From positions 32,001 to 96,000 of IMG/VR virus record IMGVR_UViG_3300017593_000402: a stretch of 64,000 nucleotides of DNA; one strand, given 5' to 3'. This document shows, piece by piece, positions 24,359-33,955 of this stretch (its first letter is position 1; each line of letters opens with the position of its first letter). Origin of the DNA: a virus. Below the pieces are notes generated by a model that ran no database searches, was not told the DNA's origin, and saw only the letters and a program-made list of their open reading frames with translations. A program made the position numbers and the translations under genes.

Positions 24359-27300
24359 ATGGCCGAAGAGTATATAGTAGAAATAGGTGTTGAGAATAAG
24401 GAGGAGTTAGAAAAACTCCGTACCCAAGTCGCGAAAACCGCTGAGTCTGTCCAAACCCTTTCTGAAACTGTACGTAAGCTCGCTGAAAGTCAACGACAAT
24501 TAGTTGAGTCGATTCGTAATACCGCCCGGAGTACCCAAGCTTCTGTTAAGTCCACCCAAAGTGCTTCGAAGGCCACTTCACAGTACGCCTCCTCTGTTCT
24601 CACGTTAAGGACTGCGTTTATTGCTATTGCCTCTGCAGCTGGGTTGGTAACTGCAGCGATTAACTCTAAAAAGATCTCGATGAGCTTAGCGAATAAGTTG
24701 TACGTACTTTATACGCGCTCAGCCCAAAGCGCTGCTCGAGCAGTCACCTCATTTGCAGTACAGCATCGCTTCCTTGGTACCGTTTTGACGCAAACCGTTC
24801 ATATACTTTCCACTACAACTTCTGCTTGGATTACTTGGGCAAAAGGATCAATCCCTGCTACTGCCGCAATGAAACAGTCTTTAAATTCTGTGCGAGATGC
24901 GCTCAGAGTGTTGTTCACCGAGTTTCGCAGGGGACCTTTTACTTGGATAGCTTCTCAGTTTACGCACGTTGCAGAAGTTGGTAAGTCTGCGTTCGTTTCT
25001 ATTGCTGTTTATGCTGTAAGGGCAGCTACTAGGTTAGTTGAGTTCTTGACTCCTGCTGTTGCTACGGTAACGCGCTTGTTTTTGAAGTTGAGCGATTCTC
25101 TTACTCCAGTAAGGGAAGCTCTTTCTCGTCTGTTTGTTAGACTGAGAATTCCAGACGCCTTTACTAAGCTAACCGAAGTTTTTACCAGGCTTAAAGTGAT
25201 AATCGTTGATGTCGCGGATGTTATCTCTACTAAGTTTGTGTCTGGACTTCGTGTCGTAGCCGACCTCTGGAAAGGCTTACTCCGACTTGCTTATTCCCTA
25301 CGTGATCGTGTAGCCCAGATCGGGAGTGTGGTGAAGTCTAAGTTAGCCGGCAAGATAGGACTGACCGCTAGTTTTGCGTTTTTAGGTACTGTATTGGATA
25401 AGGTGCGAGACAAGATCTTGCAGCTCGGGGCTCGTATTAACGAATCCCTAGGTGGTGAGGCCGTTTCTATAGGCGCGAAGTTATCTAAACCTTTTGTGGC
25501 GATGATGGGGAGTTTGACCATTCTTTCCGGGAAACTGTTGCGTTTCTTTCCCTTGACTAAGAAGTTAGGCTCTACACTAACTACGTTGGGGTACTCCCTC
25601 GCTTCTGTGTCCTCGTTTTCGCGGTCGTGGTCTATGGTAATGTCCCATTTGGATAAGACATTACCTGGAGTCAACGACCGATTACGCAGAGTTACTCGCG
25701 GTTTCTCAGAGTTGACCGGTAAGATTAACATACAAACGGCCGCGCTTCCTAGATTGATCAAGGCACTTGGGGAAGTCACCTTTCACTACCTTATGATATT
25801 CAAGTTTAATGTTAGTCTAGCTCACGGATTCGAGCTCTTGGGTGAGAAGCTCTCTTACTTTGGTGAAGCCATGCTCGAGCACTTCTCCGAATCGTATAGA
25901 GTCAGTTCTGAGATGATTCGCACGCAGGTTGATTTGAACCGAGCGGTTCGGAGGTATGCTGAGTTGACCGGCGATGCTTCTATGAGTGCAAAAGATTGGC
26001 TCCAGTGGTCCGACAGACTTGCTCTTTCTGCAGGTAAAAACGTTTCAGAGATGCGCCGGGTTACCGGTGCTCTGTTGGATTTTGCGGCTTTGTATAAGTT
26101 GAACCAAAAGGAGACGAAGCGATTCATTTCTTTGATGACAGACGTTTCGAGTTTCTTGGGCAAAGATGTGTTCGAGACCTTGCAACATGTCCACGGTGCG
26201 TTGGCTGGGTTAACTAATTCAGCCATGATTTTGGGCATTAACATAGACCACCTCAGAGAGAAGACTAAGTTTTACGAAGAACAACTCCGGAAAGAAGGCA
26301 CCGAAACTGGAAAGTCCGTCAAACAAAAAGCGAGGATGCTCGCTCTTATACAGGAGTTGAGTTACTTACAGGGTGTTAACAATAGGTTGATGGAAACAGG
26401 GTATGGTATTCTGAGACGTTATCGCGTTTCTCAAGAACTTCTCGCGGCCCAAACTGGAAATTATGTAACTCCTATTTTGAATGCTTATTACAAAATTTTG
26501 ACCCGAATTAACGAGGTCATGGCTCAGCCCGGGATTGGAGGTTTTATCACTACGATGAAGGCCGCTGGTGCCGCCTCACTTGATTTGCTAGGACGTTTTG
26601 TAAAACTCGGAGCGCAGTTGTTTGTATTGATTGAGACTGTACATTTAGTTGAAAAGGCGTTAACAGCACTAAACGCAGCCTTTGACGTCTTTGGGATGAC
26701 TCAGAGAACAGCTCTTGCTCCTCTATTCGTGATGAGAGATGGTATGGTCAAAACTAGTTTTACTGCCTCGTCACTAAGCAAAGTTCTCAAGAGGTTAAGC
26801 GTTTACATTGGTACTACCTTTGTAAACTTCTTCAAAAACGGTGCCAAGGCTGTTAAAGGCCTTGTTGTAGAGTTAAGAACTGCGATCTCCACATTAATGG
26901 CGACTAAAGTTCCCAAGGCCATTTTTGGCCCAGCTCTAGCATCTGCTATGGTTCCAGAAAGGGGTGTGATTAGGAAAGCTCTGGCTGCTAGTAAGTTGAT
27001 GCAAGCGACTTTTATGGCCGAAGGGTTGGTGCTGGCGAAGAAGGTAACTCCTATGGTACAGAAGCACGCTAAACAGGTTCGAGATTTGTACTTAATTACT
27101 CATGACGTCGCCGGAGCTCAACGGGAGTGGGCTAATACCATAATTACGTTTACTGGGGCGGCCGGGGGTTTGTCTAAAGTATGGTACACTTTCTTAGGTG
27201 TCGTTACAAAAGTTAAAGGTGCCGTGTTAAAACTCATTAACATATTCAAAGGCTTTGCCAAGATTTTTGGGATTATTTTGATCGTCATTCCCGCGGTGTA

Positions 27301-30300
27301 TAAAGCCTTCAAAGAAGCGCTTATCCCGGCTTTTAAGGAAACTTTTGGGGAGTCCGAAACTTTTCGGGCCGCGGTTTCTGCACTAGGGAAAGTTTTGGGT
27401 TGGTTAGGAAAAATCATTGTACAGATTGTTACTGGCCCCGTTAAGCTGTTTGCGACGGGAATCGCTGGGACTGCAGGTGTTATTTCGTATGCACTGGGAT
27501 TGATTATTAAGTACAGGGGCGTTCTTCTCCGCTTAACAGGACCTTTCTATTTACTCGGGAAGTCCGTCTTTAATGTGGGGAAGTGGTTCGGTATTTGGGG
27601 TAAGTCTGTTGACTCCTTGAACAAGAAACTTGACAGTGCTGGCGAGACTTTGATCAAGTTTGGAGAACGGTCTGCAGATAATGCTCGAGCTATAATTGGG
27701 CTGAACAAGGTACTACAGACTAACATCGATCGTACTGCGCGGTTGCGAAAGGAACTTGCTGAAGGAATGAAGAGACGACAAGAGGAACTGGGACTGAACC
27801 TTTCGTCTGCTAAGTCGTTGGAGCGAGTTGTTAACGCTATTCAGGAGTATCGAGATGCCTACCAAGAGTTCCTCGAAGTTCAAGATGAGATTGAGAAAGG
27901 TAGGACGACTGAGGGTAAGCAGTTAGAAGATGCAGAGGCTTTACATAGGAGAAGTACCGAAGCGGTTCAGGAGCTTTCGAAGGCGCGTTCCGCTCTTGCA
28001 GAGAATTTGAAGAAGCAGTTTGAAATTACAGGAGCCCAGATTAAGGAAACTAAAACGTTGGTAAGTTTGTACTCAAAGTACACTAAAGCTATTGGCGACG
28101 TTTCGACTGGACAAGTAGTTACTCTCAAAACTGGGCAAGCTATTTCACGGATTTGGCAAGGCTTAAATCAGATTACACAGGGAAACTTAAGTGGGATTAA
28201 GACAACCGCAGAAGCGTACAACTCGTTAGCAGGTATACTTCGTGATATGGCCTCTAAAGCTAGCCCTTCACTACGGGCCGCGTTGGTAGCAGAAGCTAAG
28301 TCTTATGAGAAGCAAGCTGGTATACTAACTAAGGTAATGGAGAGGACCAAAGGGAAGGTCAAAATTGATGAAAAATTAATCGAGACTTCCTTCAAAGTCT
28401 CCGCTGCCCAACGTGCTGTGAATGACGAATTACAAAGGCACCAAGCAATTTTGACTTACTTACATAAATCGATTTCCGATACAACTGAGGGACTGGGTCA
28501 GTTCGCGAATGTGTATTCTAAAGATGTAACAGTCTCGGCCGAAACTGCCGCCCGTGTACAGCTCGCTTTAGCGAAGATCTCCGAAGTAGGTGCTCGTCGC
28601 TACGAAGAAGCTATCAATGGTAATATAGACTCTCTTAAAGTGTACCGGAACTATCTTGAAACAATTCAGAAGTCCCAGAACGACGAATTTGCCACTCTTG
28701 TTAAGGACGCAAAGGGGAGACAGCTCCTGAATGCTTACTTGGAAGCACAGATTCGAACCGTTGATAACTTGATAAAGTCTTATGAGAGTGAGTCTCAAGT
28801 TCATGTAACTTTATCGGCTCGTATAAAAGCACGACTCGCTACTTTGAAGGCGCAGAATAAGGTAACAACGGAAACTCTGAAGCTTCGGAAACTTCTACTT
28901 GACCTTTGGAAGTCTGAGTTTAACCTCCATTCTCGGTTAAACGCCCTTACGTTACAGGGGTTGACTACAAGAGAAAAGAGAGCCCAAGCAGAACAGTATC
29001 TTAGCGAGGCTTTACAACAAAGTATCGAGCAGTATAGCAGAGCAGGACTTTCTCTCAAAGCCTTTGATGATTACGAGAAAGGGGCTATTTCAACTACTAC
29101 AGCCGTTAGACAGGCTCTGGTGCAATTACAAGGTCGTACCGACTTGTTAAGTAGGGCTATTAAGGAAACCCTCTTAGAAGCTCTGTCTCGTGCTACATCT
29201 CAACAGCGTGAGTATGCGGCTATGACGATCCAAAGTGCGAGGCGGATTAAAGAACTCGAGAAAGTAATTCACCCTGTTTATACTACTTTTGGGAATTACT
29301 CGAATCTGATCGCTGATTTGGTTAATCGTTCTCGTGACCTAGCAAAGCAGACAGGGATTTCGGCCCTCGCCTTTGATTCCTCTACGGTTACTGTGAGTGA
29401 ACTGGCTTCTTATCTCGCCCTTTTAAGCGCACATCAAGTTGATTACAACAATGTTTCAAAAGAGACCGCTCAAGAAGTTACCTCTCTAGTTGAGAAGTTA
29501 CTCGAGCTGACCAGAGTTGATGTCCCCCAATGGGGGTCAAGCTTAGCTAATGTATTTGAGAGCTTACAAGGGAAGACTAAGGATTTCATTTCAGCGAATG
29601 ATTACCTCAAACCCGCTCTCCTGAACGCTATCTTTGGATTTAGGGGGTTGGTTGACAGAGTCCGTGAGCTTGATGCTAACCTCGCTCCTGTTATACAAAG
29701 CGTGTTAGACAGCGCTTCGGCGATGTATGAAGCTAAGAGTTCTTCTTCGGCTTATAGTGAGGGGTTGAGTAAAATCACGAGTTTGGAAGAGCAAGTACGT
29801 ACCGCCCTTAGTAGCGTACTCCCTCATTTAAACGCGCAAGTTCAGGCTTTAGCTAAAGGGAAAGTGCAAACTGCTGACATGATCGCGAAGACTCAAGATT
29901 ATGCTAGGATCGTTTCAATACTGGTTTCCCAGTTAAACACATTGACTGATGCTGAGGAACGTTTGCGAGAAAGCCGCCGTAAGAATTTGGAGTTGAGTTC
30001 CTCTTTGGTATTTTCCACTCAGCAACTTCATGAGAATGTGTCCGAGCTCGCTAACATTGCTGTACAAGATCTGATTCAACAGTACCGACGAGCGGGTGTG
30101 GTACTGAGTGAATCGCAGAAACAAGCACTGGAGGACATAACAAGGACTATTACAGGTTACACAGAGTTAACTGAGTTGGCTCGTAGACGAGTTGATACTT
30201 TTACGAAGTTCGTGGACGCTAAGCTGGCCGAACAAACACGCGCTTGGTCGCGCAATAAGGATGAAGTTGAAGCTTTTGCTAATGGCTTGAGGACTATTGG

Positions 30301-30976
30301 CGAGAGTGCAATGCAAGGAATCTTGAAGAACTATGCTGAGATTGGGGCGAAGATCGAGGAAATGGGCGGGTTCTTTGGCGCCCTCGGACAAATGACTCAA
30401 GAGGCTGTTGCGAGGACCGCTGCGAGCGCGTTTGATGAGTTGAACAGGGCAATAATTGATTCTATAGTATACGGAAAGCGATTTCAGATGAACTGGCAGG
30501 AAATTTTGAGAAGCTTTACGGCAGGTCTTGCTCAGGCAATGCTACAGTTGTTAGAATTTAAACTAGCTATGATGGCGCTGCAGGCGATGGGAATTCGAGT
30601 TCCTATGATGAGACGTGGGGGTTTGGTTCCTTTAAGGAGGCAGGCCGGCGGCCCGGTACCTGGGCAAGGACGTGGAGATAGCGTCCCCGCTTTACTAGAA
30701 CCAGGAGAATATGTTGTTCCAAGGCCTGTGGTAGAAAAAATAGGAGTTTCGTTCTTTGACGCGCTACGTAAAGGTGTTGTACCTCCGACGATAACACCTT
30801 TTCATTACCAAGCGGGAGGCTTGGTTACGCCGATGCAACAACAAACGCAGGAACCGAAGGTAACGGTTGTGACTATTTTCGATGAGAAGGAGCTTAATAA
30901 GTATTATAGCTCTCCCACTTATGGCAGGGTTGTTGCGAACAATGTAGGTGAGAGAATCGCGAGGAGGACTAGCTAA
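24359..30976 (+). CDS. Tape measure protein (2205 aa)
   Basis: Long helical Ala/Leu-rich protein; C-terminal GGPVPGQGRGDSVPALLEPGEYVV. Confidence 0.92.
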   Translation: MAEEYIVEIGVENKEELEKLRTQVAKTAESVQTLSETVRKLAESQRQLVESIRNTARSTQASVKSTQSASKATSQYASSVLTLRTAFIAIASAAGLVTAAINSKKISMSLANKLYVLYTRSAQSAARAVTSFAVQHRFLGTVLTQTVHILSTTTSAWITWAKGSIPATAAMKQSLNSVRDALRVLFTEFRRGPFTWIASQFTHVAEVGKSAFVSIAVYAVRAATRLVEFLTPAVATVTRLFLKLSDSLTPVREALSRLFVRLRIPDAFTKLTEVFTRLKVIIVDVADVISTKFVSGLRVVADLWKGLLRLAYSLRDRVAQIGSVVKSKLAGKIGLTASFAFLGTVLDKVRDKILQLGARINESLGGEAVSIGAKLSKPFVAMMGSLTILSGKLLRFFPLTKKLGSTLTTLGYSLASVSSFSRSWSMVMSHLDKTLPGVNDRLRRVTRGFSELTGKINIQTAALPRLIKALGEVTFHYLMIFKFNVSLAHGFELLGEKLSYFGEAMLEHFSESYRVSSEMIRTQVDLNRAVRRYAELTGDASMSAKDWLQWSDRLALSAGKNVSEMRRVTGALLDFAALYKLNQKETKRFISLMTDVSSFLGKDVFETLQHVHGALAGLTNSAMILGINIDHLREKTKFYEEQLRKEGTETGKSVKQKARMLALIQELSYLQGVNNRLMETGYGILRRYRVSQELLAAQTGNYVTPILNAYYKILTRINEVMAQPGIGGFITTMKAAGAASLDLLGRFVKLGAQLFVLIETVHLVEKALTALNAAFDVFGMTQRTALAPLFVMRDGMVKTSFTASSLSKVLKRLSVYIGTTFVNFFKNGAKAVKGLVVELRTAISTLMATKVPKAIFGPALASAMVPERGVIRKALAASKLMQATFMAEGLVLAKKVTPMVQKHAKQVRDLYLITHDVAGAQREWANTIITFTGAAGGLSKVWYTFLGVVTKVKGAVLKLINIFKGFAKIFGIILIVIPAVYKAFKEALIPAFKETFGESETFRAAVSALGKVLGWLGKIIVQIVTGPVKLFATGIAGTAGVISYALGLIIKYRGVLLRLTGPFYLLGKSVFNVGKWFGIWGKSVDSLNKKLDSAGETLIKFGERSADNARAIIGLNKVLQTNIDRTARLRKELAEGMKRRQEELGLNLSSAKSLERVVNAIQEYRDAYQEFLEVQDEIEKGRTTEGKQLEDAEALHRRSTEAVQELSKARSALAENLKKQFEITGAQIKETKTLVSLYSKYTKAIGDVSTGQVVTLKTGQAISRIWQGLNQITQGNLSGIKTTAEAYNSLAGILRDMASKASPSLRAALVAEAKSYEKQAGILTKVMERTKGKVKIDEKLIETSFKVSAAQRAVNDELQRHQAILTYLHKSISDTTEGLGQFANVYSKDVTVSAETAARVQLALAKISEVGARRYEEAINGNIDSLKVYRNYLETIQKSQNDEFATLVKDAKGRQLLNAYLEAQIRTVDNLIKSYESESQVHVTLSARIKARLATLKAQNKVTTETLKLRKLLLDLWKSEFNLHSRLNALTLQGLTTREKRAQAEQYLSEALQQSIEQYSRAGLSLKAFDDYEKGAISTTTAVRQALVQLQGRTDLLSRAIKETLLEALSRATSQQREYAAMTIQSARRIKELEKVIHPVYTTFGNYSNLIADLVNRSRDLAKQTGISALAFDSSTVTVSELASYLALLSAHQVDYNNVSKETAQEVTSLVEKLLELTRVDVPQWGSSLANVFESLQGKTKDFISANDYLKPALLNAIFGFRGLVDRVRELDANLAPVIQSVLDSASAMYEAKSSSSAYSEGLSKITSLEEQVRTALSSVLPHLNAQVQALAKGKVQTADMIAKTQDYARIVSILVSQLNTLTDAEERLRESRRKNLELSSSLVFSTQQLHENVSELANIAVQDLIQQYRRAGVVLSESQKQALEDITRTITGYTELTELARRRVDTFTKFVDAKLAEQTRAWSRNKDEVEAFANGLRTIGESAMQGILKNYAEIGAKIEEMGGFFGALGQMTQEAVARTAASAFDELNRAIIDSIVYGKRFQMNWQEILRSFTAGLAQAMLQLLEFKLAMMALQAMGIRVPMMRRGGLVPLRRQAGGPVPGQGRGDSVPALLEPGEYVVPRPVVEKIGVSFFDALRKGVVPPTITPFHYQAGGLVTPMQQQTQEPKVTVVTIFDEKELNKYYSSPTYGRVVANNVGERIARRTS

Positions 30977-31950
30977 TGGCTTTTAGAAAAACGTCTGGAA
31001 CTGTATCTTCGCTGTCGGATTTATTTGCTCGAATTAGGACTTTCTTTGTTGGCTCTCTCGGATGGACACAAGTTCACTCAGGAACTCAAATGGGGAGTGC
31101 TTACTACTTTTATCATAGTACAGGAGAGGCTGGAAATAAAGACATTTACATTGGTGTTAGATCTTTCCGGCGCAGTAGCACTTTGTGCGGCTTTCAGTTT
31201 ACAGCTTGTACAGATATAAACACGTCGGAGGATTTCGATAGTCAGCCGGGGGGTTTTGGAACTCCAGACTGTTGTTGCTGCCAGTTTGTAAGGTATCCTA
31301 TCTTAAGCGCTGTTGATGATGGGACGTCGATGGCGTATTGGTTTATTGGGGATAAGGATTTTGCATTTCTTTTGTTTAGAATTGGTTCTAAATATTTATC
31401 AGCTTACGTGGGGTTGATTAATTCGTACTGGAGTGATTACCCTTTACCATTAGTAGTTCTTGGTTCTTTAACCTTCGACCCCTATCTTAGATTTGGCTGT
31501 ACTAGCGTTTGTTGGCGTGATCGTCAGCTTGCAATCCCGTATCGCCGGAATCTGGGGAGTGGTGAAGGTTATGACGCCTTTTTCGGTTGCTGTGGTTCCT
31601 GGCTTCGAAATTGCGGAAATACTGAGTGGTTTCGCCGCTTTGTAACTAATTGTGTAGATAGTTATAATAACTGTGAATTTCTAAGCCATACTAATTCTTG
31701 TTGGTGGTTGGTTACTTACTTCTATTGCCAATCGTATTCGACCCGGTCTCAAGGGCACGTTTTATTTCCTATTTATGTCGGGAGCCCAGAGATTGACCTA
31801 CTCGGTGAGTTGAAATATGTTTACTATTCATACTTTTATGGTAATGTACCGTCTGAGTCTACTATTTACGTTGGGGGCGACCCTTACTTGGTTTTTGTAA
31901 GTACTTATGGAGAAGACTCCGTTTCAATAGCAATAAGGGATTACGAATAA
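30976..31950 (+). CDS. Virion tail-base protein, Cys-rich (paralog 1)
   Basis: Coupled to the tape measure; LGW...STGEAGNKDIYIG, WFIGDKD, YPLPL, GELKYVY shared with the next gene. Confidence 0.6.
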   Translation: MAFRKTSGTVSSLSDLFARIRTFFVGSLGWTQVHSGTQMGSAYYFYHSTGEAGNKDIYIGVRSFRRSSTLCGFQFTACTDINTSEDFDSQPGGFGTPDCCCCQFVRYPILSAVDDGTSMAYWFIGDKDFAFLLFRIGSKYLSAYVGLINSYWSDYPLPLVVLGSLTFDPYLRFGCTSVCWRDRQLAIPYRRNLGSGEGYDAFFGCCGSWLRNCGNTEWFRRFVTNCVDSYNNCEFLSHTNSCWWLVTYFYCQSYSTRSQGHVLFPIYVGSPEIDLLGELKYVYYSYFYGNVPSESTIYVGGDPYLVFVSTYGEDSVSIAIRDYE

Positions 31951-32900
31951 TGGCATATCATATAGAACACTTAACTGATATAAACGGGCCTCAAGCGTTA
32001 TACAACGCCTTGATTGACTTTATGACAAGTACGTTAGGGTGGGAAGTCAAGAAAACTGGAACTACTGGAGGTAGTTACGGAAGAGATTATACTATCCTTT
32101 ATTCTAGCGGCGAATCAGAGCAAGAAGATATTTACGTTGGATTTAGTTGGTATTATCGTACTAATATTCGTTGCGGCATTCAAGTAAACGCTTATACAGG
32201 GTTCGACAGTGCTTACGGCTTTAGTAGTTTAGGTTCTCTAAATACGGAGAAGTCCCACGGTGTTTATAGGTGGTTGCCCACCGTACTACTTCAGGACACA
32301 AATTACGATCACGTGTGGTTTTGTGGAGATAAAGATAGTTGTTTCGGTGTAGTTAGGTGTGTTACTATTTACCCCCACTTTTGTGTTGGCCTCTTACGAC
32401 GTTATTGGTCACGGTATTTTGATCCTTACCCTCTTTATGCGTTTGGAACTTTCAGTGGCGGATACAATTACCCTTATGACTATGACTGGAACGACTCTTC
32501 GCGGTTCAGAGGAATCAGTTCTTACCGACATGGGGATTACTGTAGAGATTACTTGTGGTACAATCAGGATACTTGGCATTCGGATTTTGGTTACTACCCC
32601 GTGGATCCTGGTACAGGAGATACTATGCGACATGAACATCCTGAAAGAAAAAAGAAAATCTTTACCGCTAATATGTTTATCCACGCAATGGAACTGCCTA
32701 ACAACGAGAAAGCTATTGCCCCTTTTATGATCGCCGATGAGACAGGTATACGCGGCGAAATTAAGTGGGTTTATAAGTTATCTCGAGCTGTTGGGCTGGA
32801 TCCGGAGGACGAAGTTACAATTAACTCGGCTTCGTACAAAGTATTCCCTGGTACAGTAGATCTGAATCTCTCAAGATGGTTTGCAATTAGACTCGCTTAG
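31950..32900 (+). CDS. Virion tail-base protein (paralog 2)
   Basis: LGW...SSGESEQEDIYVG, WFCGDKD, PYPL, GEIKWVY. Confidence 0.6.
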   Translation: MAYHIEHLTDINGPQALYNALIDFMTSTLGWEVKKTGTTGGSYGRDYTILYSSGESEQEDIYVGFSWYYRTNIRCGIQVNAYTGFDSAYGFSSLGSLNTEKSHGVYRWLPTVLLQDTNYDHVWFCGDKDSCFGVVRCVTIYPHFCVGLLRRYWSRYFDPYPLYAFGTFSGGYNYPYDYDWNDSSRFRGISSYRHGDYCRDYLWYNQDTWHSDFGYYPVDPGTGDTMRHEHPERKKKIFTANMFIHAMELPNNEKAIAPFMIADETGIRGEIKWVYKLSRAVGLDPEDEVTINSASYKVFPGTVDLNLSRWFAIRLA

Positions 32901-32907
32901 GAGTTAA

Positions 32908-33861
32908 TTGAGCATGGGTGTGATTAAACTCTATAAGTCAAAAATTGTTAACGATTCGGAGTTCAACGGAGGTTATGAAGATTGCTCGTCCGAGATTTTC
33001 TCAGGACAATATGAGAACCTTTTTCCAGATGTCTCGCCCTCCGAACGTGCTTCTGGGTACGTTCGTTATCGAAAGTTCTTCGTTCACGCAACTGCTCAAA
33101 CTATCTCTAGTTCGTACGTAGGAATCTTTGACAGGAGCCCTGCAGGAGATTATTTTAGACTTCACGCAGCAACTGTTGCTCAGACTCAAGGAAGTTTACT
33201 CGCACTTCCTTCGCACAAGTGGTATGGTACTGGTAGGATTACCCAACCCGTTGCCTCTGGGGCTACAGTTGTAGTTGCGTCTTTTGATGGTGATGTCCCT
33301 GATATTGAAGTGAACGATACCGTTCTTTTGGCTAGTGCGACTGATAATGAACTGCATACTGTGGCCGCTGTTACCAGTTCCGGACTGAGTGTAACCGTTA
33401 CTTTGAGTAATGGTACTAACCACTCGTACGATACGGGTTCTCGTTTGTGCCACTTACTTCCGTTGGGTAGTATTGCCCCTAGTTACTCTGATTGGTTGGA
33501 GTCTAGCTCTTCAGGGACTTATGATGAAGTGAATTACCCTCCTAGTGTGTATAATGTGGGGACGGTTGAAGATGTTTGGACTTTGACGTTTTATAGTTCC
33601 TCTGCGTTTACGTGTGTAGGTTTAACTACGGGAACTGTTGGAACAGGAGATATTAACAACGATTTTTCGCCCAGTAATCCTGTGGGGGGCACCTATTTCA
33701 CACTCTACGCCTCCGGTTGGGGAGGTTCATGGCAGTCTGGAGATTCTGTCTCGTTTAAAACTCACCCGTCTTCGAAGCCTGCTTGGGCTAAAGAAGTTAT
33801 CCCTGCGGGCGCTGCGCCTTGTTTCTCGAATGAGGTGCCCTTTATTGTGATCTATGCTTAA
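32908..33861 (+). CDS. Virion tail-associated structural protein
   Basis: NGG...NLFPDVSPSERASGYVRYRKFF; Ser/Thr/Gly-rich beta content. Confidence 0.55.
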   Translation: MSMGVIKLYKSKIVNDSEFNGGYEDCSSEIFSGQYENLFPDVSPSERASGYVRYRKFFVHATAQTISSSYVGIFDRSPAGDYFRLHAATVAQTQGSLLALPSHKWYGTGRITQPVASGATVVVASFDGDVPDIEVNDTVLLASATDNELHTVAAVTSSGLSVTVTLSNGTNHSYDTGSRLCHLLPLGSIAPSYSDWLESSSSGTYDEVNYPPSVYNVGTVEDVWTLTFYSSSAFTCVGLTTGTVGTGDINNDFSPSNPVGGTYFTLYASGWGGSWQSGDSVSFKTHPSSKPAWAKEVIPAGAAPCFSNEVPFIVIYA

Positions 33862-33955
33862 GGGGACCCAGATGACTCTTAAGACGACTACTCCAATTCT
33901 CGAGTCTTACACTCCTAGTGGGCTACTGCGATTATAACTTAAGGAGAGGAAGTAA

